Below are positions 1-13,742 of a stretch of 64,000 nt of DNA, one piece after another; position 1 is the stretch's first letter; every line of letters begins with the position of its first letter. The stretch is from positions 50,998 to 114,997 of the forward strand of contig QPMI01000201.1 in the NCBI GenBank assembly GCA_004431415.1, written 5' to 3'. Below the pieces are notes generated by a model. The model ran no database searches. It saw only the letters and a program-made list of their open reading frames with translations, and was not told the origin of the DNA. The stretch comes from Cyanophora paradoxa CCMP329. Its lineage: Eukaryota > Plantae > Glaucophyta. The translations under genes were made by a program, and so were the position numbers.

Positions 1-343
1 TGCAGCGCCCCCTCGATCTCTTCTAGCTTGAATCGCTGCTTCGCATTTTCCGCTACAACGCGCTCCACGTCCGCCAGCGTCCAGCCCCGCAGGCTCTTGT
101 GCGCCAGCACGTCCTCCACCCTAGCGAAGCCATCCGTCCGCATCGCCACGCCTGGGCCGTGCGACGATCATGGAACGCGCCTGCGTGATTGGCTCTTACT
201 CCTGCACCTTCCTTGTCGGCGGCGTGCCGCAGGAGCCACGAGAGCTTCTTACTCAGGCTCACCAGCGGGTCCTCGTCGCGCGCGCCACCGCGGCCGCCAC
301 CGCGGCCGCCACCTCGACCACCGCGGTCTCCGCGACCCGACAT
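1..343 (-). CDS. TPT1: tRNA 2'-phosphotransferase (Tpt1/KptA), 5' part; runs off the window
   Basis: Spliced across GT-AG intron 152-207: LSKKLSWLLRHAADKE-GVAMRTDGFARVEDVL...VVAENAKQRFKL, matching the Tpt1 N-terminal motifs SK.LS.LLRH, DG(F/W) and K.RF. Confidence 0.9.
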
Positions 344-623
344 TCACGCCGCTGGAACTGCGGAACTCCGGGCCGCGTCGGACTTGCGATGGGCAGCTAT
401 GAGCGACACACCCAGACGCGGATATCGATGGGCCCGAAGAATCTTGCGGGCCACCTGCGGCTGGCTGCTGGTGCTCAGTCCGCGGCCGCGGCTCAGATCG
501 ATTGCGGATGAAGTTGGGGGGGATACGCGAATCAACAAACGGTTCAGCGTGAACCCAGCTGCTGAGCTTCCGACAGCATCGCCGCGTGCACGGGCGGCAG
601 CCGAAGGCGAGGGAGCGCCGGAA

Positions 624-3600
624 ATGGATCGCGTGGATGAGACCCCCGCGCGGTCGAGAGTGCTAGAACCCGCTAGCGCCTCCCGCGGGGCCGGGACGCT
701 CAGCCGCTCGATGACCTTCTCGGCATCGACAATTAGAGCGCATCATCAGCCGCTCGAGCCGCCAACGCCTTCTGGCGCGTCGCGGAGGCTAGATTTGGAT
801 GCAGTGCAGGGGCTCGCTCCAGCCGCGACGGGGCCTTCGGCCAAGAGGCAGAAGGCTGAAGAGCCCGTACGCGGCGCCGTCATCATTCGGGGCAACATGG
901 AAAAGTACAGTGCGCAGCATGCAGGGGCCGCTCGACGCGCCTCACGGCGCGCGCCGATCATTCTCCCGGCGCGCAGACGCCATCGGGCAGCCGTGCGTCA
1001 GGATCCAAATCTCGCAGGACGGGACGAAGCTCGTGTGGACGGACGGGTCGGAGAAGAGCGAGCAGCACTTCGAGCTGGGCAGCAGCAAGGCCTACCCGGC
1101 GTGTAGCACACACGAGGAGGTCTTCGAGGGGACGGTCCGCGAGGTCGTCGACAAGTTCGTGCGGGAGGGCTCCAACGCGGCCCTCTGCGCGGTGCGGCCC
1201 GCACCGCGCGCCCCGCCCCGCCCACGCGCTGAGGCCGGGGGCGGGCCGGGGGCGGTGCAGTACGGGCAGACGGGCTCGGGCAAGACGTTCATGATGAGGG
1301 GCGCCGGCGGGGCGGCGGACGGGCGCGGCGGCCTCGTGCACCTGGCCATCCGGCACCTCTTTGCGGCGGCGGCGCGCCCCGGGCGCGAGGTCAGGGTCTC
1401 GAGCTTCCAGGTCGACCAGGACGGGGTCGGGGACCTGCTGCAGCCCGGGGGCCCGCAGCTGAGGCTCTTCGACCACGCCGAGCGGGGTACCGTCGTACGG
1501 GACCTGCGGAGCGAGCCCGTGGCGAGCGCGGAGGCGGCGGTCGCGGTCTTCGAGCGGAGCTGGGAGGGCCGCGCGGTGGCGAGCACGGGCGCTAACGACA
1601 AGAGCTCGCGCTCGCACGCCTTCTTCCGCGTGGAGCTGACGGACCTGCTGCTGGGGACGCGGACGCTGGACCTGGTGGACCTGGCCGGCTCGGAGAACGC
1701 GAAGGTGACGGAGGGCCTGTCGCCGCGCTCCCGCAAGAAGCGCCTCGACGAGGGCGCCGCAATCAACGAGTCCCTCTGCGCCCTCCGCCGCCTCGTCCTC
1801 CAGCTCAAGCAGGCCCGCCGCCCCCGCTCCGCCCCGCCCCGTGCCGCCGGCACCTCTCGCCTGACGGCCCGGCGGGCGGCGGGGCGGCAGGGCGAGTCGG
1901 GGACCTTCCGGGAGCAGGCGCTGACGCGGCTGCTGAAGGGCGCCCTGACGAGCAACTCGGCGACCTGCGTCCTCGCCTGCGTCAAGCCCGAGCCCGAGGC
2001 CGCACCCGAGACCAAGAACACGATCAGCGTGCGCGGCGATCCGCTCCGCGCTGCGCCGCGGATCCGCCCCGATGTGACGGCCGCGGCAGTTCCTGCGGGA
2101 CGTGACGAGCCTGCGGGTGGCGGCGCGGGGCGCCGCTGCCCCCTCTGGCGCCACCTCCGCGCAGCTCGAGACCCTCCGCGTCCGCCCCGCACCGCCCGGC
2201 CCCCCGCCCGCCGAAGACCTCCCCCGGGGCGCCGTACTCACGACCGGCGGCCGCGGGCGCAGGTGGCGCTGGGCGAGGCGGAGGCCGGGGCGGAGGCGGC
2301 GCGCGCCGAGCGGGACGCGGCGCTGCGGGAGGCGCAGGAGGCGGCCAGGCTCGAGGCGGCGCTGCGGGCCGAGCTCGAGGCGGCCCGGCGCGAGGCGGCG
2401 GCGCGCGAGGAGGCGCTCCGGGGCGAGCTCGCCGCCGCCGAGGCCCGCGAGGCCTCCGCCCACCGCGCCGTCTCCGTGCGCCACGCCGCCCCGCCCCGCC
2501 GCACCACTCGAGCGTGGGCCGACGCGGCGGCGCGGGGGCAGCTGGCGCGGCGGGAGGCGGAGCACGCGCGGGCCGAGGCGGAGCAGGCGGCGACGAGCGC
2601 CGGGGAGATCGCCGCGAAGCTCGCCCGCGCCACCGCCGACCTCGCGGCGCGCCCCCGCCCCGGCCCCGCCGCCCGCCTCCGGCCGTCCCGCTGATGCGAG
2701 CGAGGGCAGGCGGCGGAGGAGAGGGCGGCGGGGGCCGCCGCGGAGCGGGAGGAGGCGCTCGCCGAGGCCGGGCGCCTGCGGGCCGCCCTCGAGGCGCGCC
2801 CGCCCCCTCCGCCCTCGACGCCGGCCGCGGGGCCGAGCCGTGCACGCAGGAGGCGGAGGCGGCGGCGGGCCGGGCGGCCGCGGAGCGGGCCTCGGCGGAG
2901 GAGCGGGCGCGCGCAGCCGAGGAGCGGGCCCGCATCGCCGAGGAGGCGGCGGCTCGGGCGGTGCGACCCCGCCCGCGCAGCGCTCCCTGCTGCTCTCGCC
3001 TTAGTCGGCGCGGCAGGGAGCGGAGGCGCGGGAGGCATCGCAGAGGGCGGCGCGCGCTGCTGAGGGCCTGCGGGACAAGCTCGCGGTGCGCGCTGACCTC
3101 CGCCGGGCCCCGCGGCTGCCGGCGGCGGGCGAGGCGGGGCGGCGGGCGCAGCGCATGGAGGAGCGGGCGCTGGCGGCGGAGGTGGAGGCCGCGGAGGCGC
3201 GCGAGGCCGCCGCCGAGGCCGCCGCCGCCCTCCAGGCCCGCCTCGACGTGCGCCCCGCCCGCTCCCGCGCCCCGCTACCCGCCCGCCGACCCTCGCTTCG
3301 GTCGAACAGGCCGCCGAGGCGGCGGCAGAGGCGGCGCGCGCGGAGGCCCTCGGCCGGGCGGAGGAACTGCGCGCCGAGCAGCAGGCGCGGCGGGCGGCAG
3401 AGGCGGCAGCCGAGGCGGTGCGCGCGCAGGGACAAGGCCGGTCGGAAGAAGCGCGCGCGGCGCAGCGGGCGCGGGAGGCTGCGGAAGCGGCGGTCGAGGC
3501 GGCGCGGGCGGAGGCATCTGGCCGGGCGGAGCAGCTGCGCTGCGAGCAGCGGGCGCGGGAGGAGGCGGAGGCGGCGGCGAGGAGGGCAGCCGACTCTGCG

Positions 3601-5749
3601 AGGGCGGCGGCGGAGGCGTCGGTGGCGATGTCCGAGCGCCTCAAAGCCGCGGAAGCGGAGTCCAGCGAAGTGCGTCGGCCCTTTGCAGGCCCCGCGCCCC
3701 GCCGTCGCGCTCTGAGAGAGGGGCCGGCAGCTGCGGGGCCAGCTCGACGCGCGCAATGCAGAGGCCGCCGCGCTCCGCTCCCGTGCCGAGGCGGCCGAGG
3801 CGAGCAGGGCGGAGCTGGAGGCGAAGCTGGAGTCTGCGGAGGCGCAGCTCGAGCGCAGCCGCGCCAGCCTCGCCAACCGCACCCGTAGCGCCGTGCGCTC
3901 GCCTGCCCCGTGCGTCTGCTGCCGCCGAATTCCGCCGACGCCGCCGTCAAACAGGCGGAGGCGAACGCGGAGCTGGGGGCGGCGCGGGAGGCGGCCGCGG
4001 GGCGGGAGCGCGAGCTGGAGGCCCGGCTCGAGGCGGCAAAGGAGGAGCGGGCGACCCTCACCGCGGCCCTGAACGCTGCCCGAGAGGTGCGCATGCGCGT
4101 CCCGCCGGCGCCTTGGCGGGGCCGGCGGGAGCGAGCGGGGGCGGGGCGCAGGAGGCGGGACGGGGGCGGGAGGAGCTGGAGCGGGCGCAGCGGCAGCTGG
4201 AGCGGGCACGGGCGGAGAGCCACGAGGCCTCGCTGGCGCACCGCCGCGAGATGGACTCCCTGCGCGCCGAGCGCGACGCCATCAAGACGACCCTCGAGGC
4301 GCCCCCGCCCCGCCCCGCCCCGCCCCGCTTGCTTCGCCTCGCTCGTCCGACGGAGGCTGACTGAGCGGGGGCGAACGGCAGCTGACGAAGCGGCAGCTCG
4401 AGAACGCGAACCAGCAGCGCGAGCTGCAGACCAATCCCGCGGCGGCCGCCGCCGTTGCCGGCACCCCGAGCCGCCGGCCGGCGGCCTCTGCTGCGGGCGT
4501 CCCGGCCTCCCCCGCCCTCTTCCGCTCGCCGGCCCTGCCGCAGCCGCGGCCGGCCGCGACCCCTGCGGCAGCCGCGGCGGCGCCTGAGACGGTTTCGCCG
4601 GCGCAGCCGGACCCGCTCAATGACTCGCCGGCCGCCGACCCGCCCGCGCAGTCGGGCTACGAGGCGGCCGCCGAGCCGAGCGCGCCGGGCGCAGAGCAGG
4701 GCGCTGAGGAGTCGTCGGAGCGCTCGAGCGGGGGCAGCGCGGCGAGCGGCGAGGGGGCCCGCTCGCGCCGCCGCCGCCGCGAGGGGGCGGACGGGAACCT
4801 CGGGGATGCGCCCGGCGAGGAGAAGCCCGCCAAGCGGCGCGGGGGCGGCGGAAGGCGGCGGGGCCGGCGGAGGAGGAGGCGGAGCTGCGGGCGCTAAAGG
4901 AGGCGAACAGCGTCGTGCACTTCCGTCTCGAGCGGGAGCCGGACGTCAAGGCCAGCGAGGAGATGTACTTCGCCCTCGCCCTCGAGCGCGGGCCCTTCCT
5001 CGCCGGCCCGCAGCCTCCGCAGCCGCCGGCGCCGGCGCGGGAGGGGCGGCGCACGCGGAGCGCGGGGCGGGCCGGCGCGCTGGGGATCAGGGCGGAAGGC
5101 GGGGAGACGGTGCCGCTGCGCGGGGCAGAGGACCCCGTGCCGCGGGACCCCTACCAGGCACTCCTCCACGCCCTCTGGAAGGAAATCACTTCCGTGCGCC
5201 GGCCCCCGCCCCCCCCCCCCCCCCCGTCCCCTCGTGCGAGCCCGCGGGGCGGGACAGAACTCGCCGCACTGGTGGGCGATCTACATGCGGGAGGACATGT
5301 GGAACGTCTACGTGCTGGCGTGCCCCGAGACGGGCGCCGCCATCGCGAGCTTCGAGGCGCTCGCGGAGTACATGCGCGGCAGGGGCGACGCGGGGCTCGC
5401 CCCCGACCGGCCCCTCGTCCTCCGCTTCCGCTTCCGCCCCGACGACAAGGACCTCCAGGAGCGCGCCAGGACCGGCGCCTACGGCAAGCCGCGCCCGCAG
5501 CCGAAGGACCCTGAGAAGGCCCAGAAGCCGAAGACCAAGATCGGGCGCTCGCGGGACGAGAACAGCGACCCGAGCCCCGCGCAGGCGCGCCCTGACCCCG
5601 CCCCGCCCTCCTCGACGGGCGCTGACCGCGAGGCTCGCCCCGGCCGGCAGGCGGCCAGCGCCGGCACCGGCGCCGAGAAGGCGCCGAAGCAGGGCCCCGG
5701 AGCCACCCTCGAGGCCCCGCTCCGCTCGCCCCTTGCCGTCCGCCGCTGA
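624..5749 (+). CDS. Kinesin: N-terminal motor, long coiled coil, unknown C-terminal domain (multi-exon)
   Basis: YGQTGSGKTF (P-loop, 1261), NDKSSRSHA (switch I) and LVDLAGSE (switch II). A/E/R-rich heptads at ~2260-4400. Final exons end at TGA 5749; linkage of the 3' exons to the motor is inferred. Confidence 0.85.
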
Positions 5750-6128
5750 TCGACCGGAGCGGCCCCGCTGCCGGCTAGGACATCTTTTTCGCGTGATAGG
5801 ATCACTTGTTGGGCCCCCCTCTCTCTCGGCCTGCCTTGCTCGGGCCTCCTGTTCTTTGGTTGTAAATGTTTCATCAAGAATCTGCTTGAGCACATAAGCT
5901 GGTGGGGCCGCTGGATCTAGAGGCCTCTACACGAATTGAAACTACACGGAATCTGGCGCCAGCCACAAGGCCGGTGTAAAGTTGGTGCTGGCCCGCGACC
6001 CACGCGGGGCCGCGGGGCCGACGGAAAGAACGCCTCGCGCGGGCGGAAAGTAAAGTAAAAACGGGGGCGCCGTACGCGTGCGGGCTGGGGCCCGCTGGGC
6101 CGGCGGGGCGGGGCGTCGCGCCGGGGCC

Positions 6129-8430
6129 TCACTTCTCGACGATGCGGGCCTTGGTCTCGCGGACGCCGTAGAAGGCGGCGTGGATGGCGGTGAGGGTCCT
6201 CTCCGCGTCGGCGTCGTCGACGCAGAAGGAGATGTTCACCTTCGAGGCGCCCTGCGACATCAGCTGGCAGTCCACGTGGATCGCCTCCAGCGTGTCGAAC
6301 ACCTGCCCCCGCCCCCGGCCGCCTCGGCCCCGCTCCTCTCCGACCACCGCCCGGGGCCGGGGGGGCGCACCTTGCGGAGGATGGCGGACGAGTGCTCGAC
6401 GTTGCCCACCAGCGAGATGATCGCCTTGCCAGAGTGCACGCTCACCGTCGCGAACTGCGCCGCGCCGAGTCGGCGGGCGCGCGGGGGGAGGGACGCCCGG
6501 CGGCGCGGCGCGCCTTGCTCATGGCCGGCTCGATCTGCTGGACGTGCGCGGCGGCGGTCTTCTGGTCCAGCGTGCACGAGACCGAGATTTCCGAGGTGGC
6601 GACGACGTCCTGCGCGGGCGGCCGCCGCACACTCGGATCGCGGCGGGGGGAGAGGGCGGAGGGGACGGCGCTCGCGCACGACGGAGATCTCGAGGTTGCG
6701 GAAGACGTCGAAGACCTGGGCGAGGAAGCCGCTGGCGCCGAGCATGCGCGTGCTCACGACGTCCACGATCGTCACGTTGCGCTTCATCGTCATCGCCGTG
6801 ATCACGGGCCGGTCCTTCGGCGCGCGGTCCCGCACGATGCTCGTGCCCGGGTGCATCGGATCGTACGAGTTCTGCCGCCGACATCACTCGCGCCGCTGCG
6901 GGGCGGGGCGGGGCGGGGCGCGGGTCGGGGCGGGGCGCGGCGGACCTTGACTTTGACGGGGATGTTGGCGCGCATGGCGGGGATGATGGAGAGGGGGTGG
7001 AGGACGTTGGCGCCGAAGTGGGCCATCTCGGCGGCCTCCTCGAAGGAGACGCAGTCGACGGGGAGAGCGTCGCCCACGATGCGCGGGTCCGTCGTCATGA
7101 TCCCGTCCACGTCCTTCCACACCTGGATCTCCTTCATGTGCAGCGCCACGCCGATCACCGACGCCGTCAGGTCCGAGCCACCGCGCCCCAGCGTCGTGAT
7201 GTTCCCGTCCCGGTCCTTCCCGATGAAGCCGGTCACAACGGGCAGCCGCAGGTCGCCGTCCAGCTCGCGCGAGTACGTCATCCGCGACCGGATCAGGTCG
7301 TACGTCTCCGTGTCGACCTCCGCCTGCCCCGCAAGCTCAGCGGGCGCGGCGGCGGCGGGCGGTGGCGTGGGCGGGCGGGACGGACGTTCATGAAGTTGGA
7401 GTCGGTGAGCATGCCGAGATCGAATGCGTCGATGAAGCGCGCCGGGATGCCGCACTTGTCGTTCAGGAAGCGCGCGAAGATGCGCACCGACATCCGCTCG
7501 CCGAACGAGACCAGGTAGTCCCTGCGAGCGAGCGCCCGCGCTCGACCAAGCGAAAGAGAGGGAAAAGAAAGCTGAGCGGAAGATAGGCGCACTTGGTCTT
7601 GGGCGAGAGCTCGCGAATGAGGGAGATGCCGGTGAGGAGGGCCTCGAGCTCGGAGAGGAGCGGGTCAACGTCCTCGGTGCTGATGCCGAGGTCGTGGCAG
7701 GCCTTGTAATGCGAGTCGCGGATGTTCTCGGTGTTGACGGTGCCCTGACGCGCGTGGGCGGGCGATTCGATCCAGATCAGATCCAGGTGCGAGCGCGTGC
7801 AGAGATGGGAGCGGCGGGGGGCAGGGACGGACCTTGAGCGCGTTGTCGCCCGCTGCGAGCAGCTGGTTCGTGGTTTTGCCCATAGCCGAGAGGACCACAA
7901 CCGGGTGCATATCCAGCTGGGTCTTCACCACCTCGACGACGTGCTTGATGCGGTCAGCGTTCATCACCGACGATCCTCCGAACTTCATCACGACGTCCAG
8001 CTTCGGGACGTGGCCGTTGTCTGCGGCATATGCCCTTTCGGTCAAACCGCAGCGCTCCCGACTTGCGCGATTTCTCGCGCGAGGAGAGATTACCCTTCGG
8101 CCGAACGGAGTTCGAGACCTTGCTGTTGCCTTCAGCCTCGCAGCGGATCACGGCAGCCGAACGCTGGGAGCGGGCAAGGTGCGTAGCAGTCGCCGCGCGG
8201 CGGAGCGACCGATTCGCGTCGCTCTGGGGCCGTCCGACCATGGTACGGGCCGTCTTGAGGCCCACGAACGCGGGCATCTGGGCCCGGTGACGAGGAGCGG
8301 CTGACGCGGACGCAGAGCCGGCAAGGCGGGCCGCGGGGCGCTCCGAAAGCGCCACCGTGGCGGAGACAGCCTCCAGACCCGCATACGGGCGCTGAGCGAC
8401 GGGAAGGCTCGTGCTGAACGCGGCCGCCAT
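6129..8430 (-). CDS. lysC: Aspartate kinase with two ACT domains and plastid transit peptide
   Basis: VMKFGGSSV, VVVLSAMGKTT, TTLGRGGSDLTA, WKDVDGIMTTDPR, EMAHFGANVLHP, SQGASKVNISF. N-terminal extension MAAAFSTSLPVAQ. Confidence 0.95.
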
Positions 8431-8669
8431 CCTTTGTTTCGAACTGCCCTGTACCCGGGAGGGTTGCCAACTAGGCCCAACTTGTCCTTGTCGCTCCTAT
8501 GTTCGCAGCGGCAGTCGCAGCGCCGTCGCAGATCCGCTCGGTATGCTAACAAGCTAGCTCTTCGAGCGCAACTGATGCCCGTCTGACCGTCTCGTCGCAG
8601 TCGTCGTTTGCAGGCACGAGCGTCGCCGTCCGCGCCAGCAAGAAGTCCAGCAAGAAGTTCGAAGTCACT

Positions 8670-9302
8670 ATGAGCGCGGCCCCGTTCTCCAAGGTCACTC
8701 TGCCGTTTTGATGTCGGCCGCCGAACTCGAGAACGTCGGCTGGCGCGCTGATGCAACGCGAGCGTAGAAGAAGCCGAGCGACGCGGAGATCGCCCAGTTC
8801 AAGAGCTACCCGGTGCGCGCCTTATCCCCGAAGCTTTTCGCCGTCCTCATGCGTCGGCCGGCGCAGACCTGGGGCTGCGGCGTCTCCAAGTTCGACTGGA
8901 GCTACTCGGACCGCGAGACGTGCTACGTCCTCGAGGGCGATGTGACTGTCACCGACGACAAGGTGCCTCGCTCCAGGACCTGCTCTCGTTTATGCCTAGC
9001 TCTGCGCGCGAACCGCTGGCGGAGCGGCTCACTCGTGCGCCGCCTCGCACCTCGCATTCGCAGACGGGTCAGAGCATCCACGTCGAGGCCGGTATCCTTG
9101 CGCGAGGTCATGCGCGCCCGCGAGAGGCGCCGGCGCTGACCGCGGCCCGCGCGCAGGCGACCTGGCGACCTTCGAGGCGGGCCTCTCCTGCGTTTGGGAC
9201 GTCAAGAAGCCCATCAAGAAGCACTACAAGGTCACTCAGAAGCCCGCGCCGGCCCCGGCGACCGGCCCGGCCCCGTCTGACGCCCTCCCGCAGTTCGGCT
9301 GA
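8670..9302 (+). CDS. Small cupin (EutQ/DUF861-like)
   Basis: Exons give TWGCGVSKFDWSYSDRETCYVLEGDVTV...GDLATFEAGLSCVWDVKKPIKKHYK-FG*. Confidence 0.88.
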
Positions 9303-9634
9303 TCGCCCAGGCGAGATCGCGGCACGTGTTTTTGTCGTACGAGATGTTATGCGGTAAATTTTTAAGCGATACGTTTATAGTAAGAACAGCGGCGGGTCAT
9401 CGTGGTGAAAGTAGGACGGGCGGGAGCTCCGCAGCGCCGGCGCAGGGAGCCCGCCTGGGGCGGGGTGGCGTCACCGCGGGAAGGCCCGTCCCCTCCGGAG
9501 GGGCAGCCGCCCGGGCGCGCACCGGGGCGGGAGAGCGCTCAGGACATCTCCCCCGCCCCACGGCACGCTGCAGCGGCGCCAGTCACCAGCGCCGCGGCGC
9601 CGGCCGCGGCGCCGGCCGCGCCGCGCGGAAAGGG

Positions 9635-10438
9635 TCACCTTCGTATGCAGGGGCAGCAGGGGAAGCAGCCCCTGCGCGCGGAGCTCGTCCCGGCGCGAGA
9701 GGGGCCCGGGGGAGGCCCGGGGGCGCACAGTGCCGCGCTGGCGCCGCCGGCGCGCTTCCCGCTGGGCGCGGGTCTCGAGCGGAGGTGGGCGAGGGCGTGG
9801 TCCGGGGAGCGGGCGTCGAGGGGGAGGGCGGAGAGGGGGTTCCCCTCCAGCGTCAGAACGTCCACGCCCCCGAGCGCGAGCTCCACCGGCAGCGCCTCCA
9901 GCTGGTTCCCCGAGAGGCTAAGCGCCCTCAGCGCGGGGGCGCGGCCCAGCCTGCCGGTCGTCGTCAGCGCATGAGAGGCCGGCCGTCGCGGCAGGCGACC
10001 ACGCGGAAGCGGAGATGACGCACGCAGCGGGCACAGAGCTGAGGAGGTTGTTGCTGAGGTCGAGTACGCGGAGCGTGGGGAGCTGGGCGACCTCGGGCGA
10101 GACGTCCCGGACCGAATTCCCTTTCAGATAGAGCTCCTCCAGCGACACGAGCCTGGAGACCTCCTGCGCGTCCGCGTCGGGCCCGGGGCGCGGCCGGACG
10201 CCAACTGACGAACCGGCGGGATGCTCTCAATCGCGTTCTGCGAAAGGTCCAGCCGTCTGCAAAGCTGATAAGCTTTCTGGAGAAGGCGTGCTATGACGCG
10301 TACGGCGCCGCGTTGCGCGTCGTACCTTATGCGAGAGTAGCCTATCTTCCTCAGTTCGTCGTCGGGCCAGGAGCCAAGCCCGTGTCGATGCCACTCAATG
10401 TCGACGAAGATACCATCATAATCCTTCGCAGTGTGCAT
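9635..10438 (-). CDS. Small leucine-rich repeat protein
   Basis: LDLSQNAIESIP, LYLKGNSVRDVS, LDLSNNLLSSVP, LSLSGNQLEALP, LTLEGNPL. Cys-rich tail GCFPCCPCIRR*; the 3' end is uncertain. Confidence 0.8.
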
Positions 10439-10704
10439 TTCCGCCCAGCCTGGCAGGAGCCCGCCGGCCGGAGTAACTGCCGCCCTGCCTGCGTTGTCCC
10501 TCGTCCGTCCCCCCTGTTCCACACTTGCAGCTCTCGCGTGTCTGATACTCTCTACCGGCTTCGATTAGGGCGCAAGTGCTGTTGTAGCAGCGCGAGTCGT
10601 TTCTACCCCCCTCGCGCCAGCTGAGCGGCTTCCAAATAGTTCGATCGTCCTCCGCCTACGCAACAGGGTTGTCGTTCTCGACAAAGCAGGGCGAGCCTAT
10701 TAAC

Positions 10705-12254
10705 ATGAATGACACCGGTGCATGAAGCCCGATGCCGCTCTAAATCGGTCCAGCGCAGAGGCCGAGTCGTTGTCCGCGAAGCGAACGCCCTGATTCGGCA
10801 TGCAGATATCATTGCGTTCATTGACGCGCCGGACCCGGACAACTTCGTCCAGGTGAGGCGTCGTTTGACTCCCCAAAACCGCGCTCATGCCAGCGCGCCT
10901 CGCAGCTCCTCGCGCTCCGCCGGCTTTACCCGAACTCAAAGCTGTACGTGTCGCTGACTGGCCGGCCCGTCAAGTTCGGCGCGAAGAAGGAGGACGAGAT
11001 CTGGGACTACGACCTGGACGAGTCGCGCCTCGTCCAGCGCATTAACGCGGCGCGCATTTTGAAGTTCCTGGAGACGTGCGGCTGCAAGGTTGATCACGTG
11101 TACGACGGCGGCATCGCGCCCCGCACCCTCGTGCCCCACTGGGTCCACTTCCCTGGTCCGCCCGCGCCCCGGCCCGAGGCGCTCCGGCGCGGCCGACGCG
11201 CCGGCCGCGGGACAGAGTACAAGGGCTTCAACGACATCGACCCGGTGGAGGCGCTGCAGAAGATCCCGGCTCTGCAGCCGGCGGCGAAGCTGATCAAGGC
11301 GATGCTTTCGAGCGAGCGCAAGTTCGTGGCGGTCGTCGGCGGGCCGATGACGGGCCTCTACAACATCCTCGTGCAGTGCCCCAAGGTCGCCGCCACGATC
11401 GCCGAGGTCCACGCCATGTTCGCCACCTGGGGCAAGGTGCCTCGCCTGCTGGAGCCGCGCGCCGCGCCGCCCCTGACGCGCGCGCGCGCTCGCAGGTGGA
11501 GCTGATGCAGTTCGGTGGCGCCCCGCGCGGCGCGCTTCAGTTCAACGCCGCCTGCGACCCGCTCGTGCGCCCCGCGTTGCCCCTCCGCTCGCCTCGCCGT
11601 TGCGCTGGGGCCGAGCGGGGCGTGCGGGGCGGGGGCGCAGGCGGCGCAGTTCGTGCTGACGAGCCTGCCGTGCCCGATCTACCTGGCGCCGACGGAGGTG
11701 ACCCGCGTGGAGGCGATCGCCTTCGCGGACCCCGCCGCCCTGCAGGCCGCCATCGCCAAGGGCGAGGCCGCCGGCGGCGCGGCGGCGGCGAGCGTCAAGG
11801 CCGTCGTCGGCATGTACGAGACCTGGTTCAAGAACGCCTGCGCGCCCCGCAAGGAGATCATCTACATCCACGACCTCGCCCCCGCCCTCACGTGCGCGCC
11901 TCCGCCCCGGCCCCGCTGCACTCGTCTCCCCGTGCCGAGGTGCGGCGGGGGCGGGCAGGGCGGACCGGAAGCTGCGGGAGGCGGTGTACGACTTCGTCCC
12001 AATCGACATCGCCGCCGTCCCCGCGTCCCTCTCCGACGCCGCCCAGTGGGGCGTCATCCAGATGAAGGCGCCCCCCCGCCCCGCCCCGCCCCGCCCCGCC
12101 CCGCCCCGCCCCGCCCCGCCTGAGGCCCGTCTCCGGGGCGCAGGAGCTGGAAGCGGGGCAGCAGGGCGCGCTGCCGCGCTTCGCGGCCAAGGCCTGCAAG
12201 GCGCCGGCAGCCTACCTCGCCGCCCTCCAGGGCATCTTCTCGGCCGGCAACTGA
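10705..12254 (+). CDS. Inosine/uridine-preferring nucleoside hydrolase-like protein (divergent)
   Basis: IIAFIDAPDPDN (N-terminal Asp motif), VGGPMTGL, FNAACDPL-AAQFV and IHDLAPAL, corresponding to the GP.TN, EFN...DP.AA and HD motifs of the family. Confidence 0.65.
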
Positions 12255-12389
12255 GCCCCGGAGCCCCCCTCGCCCCCCGCCCCTCCCGGCCCCCCGCCTC
12301 CTCCACGGATCAACGGAGCTATTGCTGCTATTGTACATGCGAGCCGGGGGCGGGCGCTTGCGGGGGCGGGGGCGGGGGGGCCGGTGGGG

Positions 12390-13742
12390 TCAGGAGTTGG
12401 AGAAGGAGGGGGCGCGCTTCTCGGCGAAGGCGGTCATGCCCTCCTTCTGGTCGCGGGTGGCGAAGGAGGCGTAGAAGAGGCGGCGCTCGAGGAGGAGGCC
12501 GCCCCGCAGGCCCGTCTCCTGCGCCGCGTTCACCGCCTCCTTGGCCATCGCCACTGCGCCCCCGCCCCCGCGCCCCCTCAGTGGGGCCCGCGCTCCAGCC
12601 AGCGCCGGGCGGGGGGGCCCGGGCCCGGGGCGCGCCGATTGGCTGGGAGAAGGAGGCGACGCGGGCGGCGAGCTCGACGGCGGTGTCGAGGAGCTGCGCG
12701 TCGGGGACGACGCGCGAGACGAGGCCGAACTGGAGCGCCTCACGCGCGTCCACGCGGGCCCCCGTCAGCACCATCTCCATCGCCTTCGACTTGCCCACCG
12801 CCCGCGTCAGCCGCTGCGTGCCCCCCATCCCTGCGCCCCCTCAGCTGCAGCCGGTGGCCACGGGCGACGTCGGGCGGGGCGCCTGCGGACCGGGGATGGT
12901 GCCGATCGTAATCTCCGGCTGGCCGAACTGTGCATGCGCATGCAGCGGGGCGTGAGGCGCGCCGGTGCGCACGGGAACGCGGACTTTCGGGGGCCGGCGC
13001 CGGACCTGCGCGGACTCGGCGGCGATGATGATGTCGCACATCATGGCGAGCTCGCAGCCGCCGCCCAGCGCGAAGCCCGAGACGGCGGCGATGATCGGCT
13101 TCCGGATCTTCGCAGGCGCGCGCGTGAGATCAGATCGCCCGAGAGCGCCGCGACGGGCGCCGACCTGCAGCATGTCTTCCCAGTGGCCGAGCATGCTCGT
13201 CTGCGGCGGCGGCGCGCGCGCGCGCGCGTCGGTCGGCGCGCGCCGCGCGGGCACGCCATCGAGCACGCAACCTTGTAGGCCTCGACGAACGTCTTCGGGG
13301 CCATCTCCTTGATATCCGCTCCGGCCGCGAAGGCCTTCTCGCTTCCCGTGAGGACGATCGCCCCGACGCTCTCGTCCGCGTCGGCGGCGCGCAATGCCGC
13401 ATTCAGGTCTTTGATGAGAGCGTCGCACAGGGCGTTGAGCGCCTTTGGCCTGTTGAGCCGCACGATGGACACGCTGCCGCGCCGCTCCACCGTCACGTAC
13501 GTATAAGTTCCGGCTGCCGGGGCGGCGGCCGCCGCCCCCGAGCTGTGACGCACAGCGTCGGCCGGCGCCGTCAGGGCTCGGCCGGTGGGAGTCAGCCGGC
13601 CGAGCGCTGCTGTGATTTGCCGGAGAGCTGGTGCGGCCGCGTACGCGGGCGCCGCTGAAGGCGCGGGCTGGATAGACCTTGCGAGCTTCGTGACCGCTCC
13701 ACAGGCGGATGGAACCCTCCCTCGCGTCACGCAGAGCGCCAT
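12390..13742 (-). CDS. ECHS1: Mitochondrial short-chain enoyl-CoA hydratase
   Basis: [81 protein letters not shown]. Confidence 0.95.

Noticed and set aside
1-12254. Functional link of Tpt1 or the nucleoside hydrolase to TIR NAD+ signalling
   Set aside because: They are over 39 kb away among housekeeping genes; no evidence of clustering.
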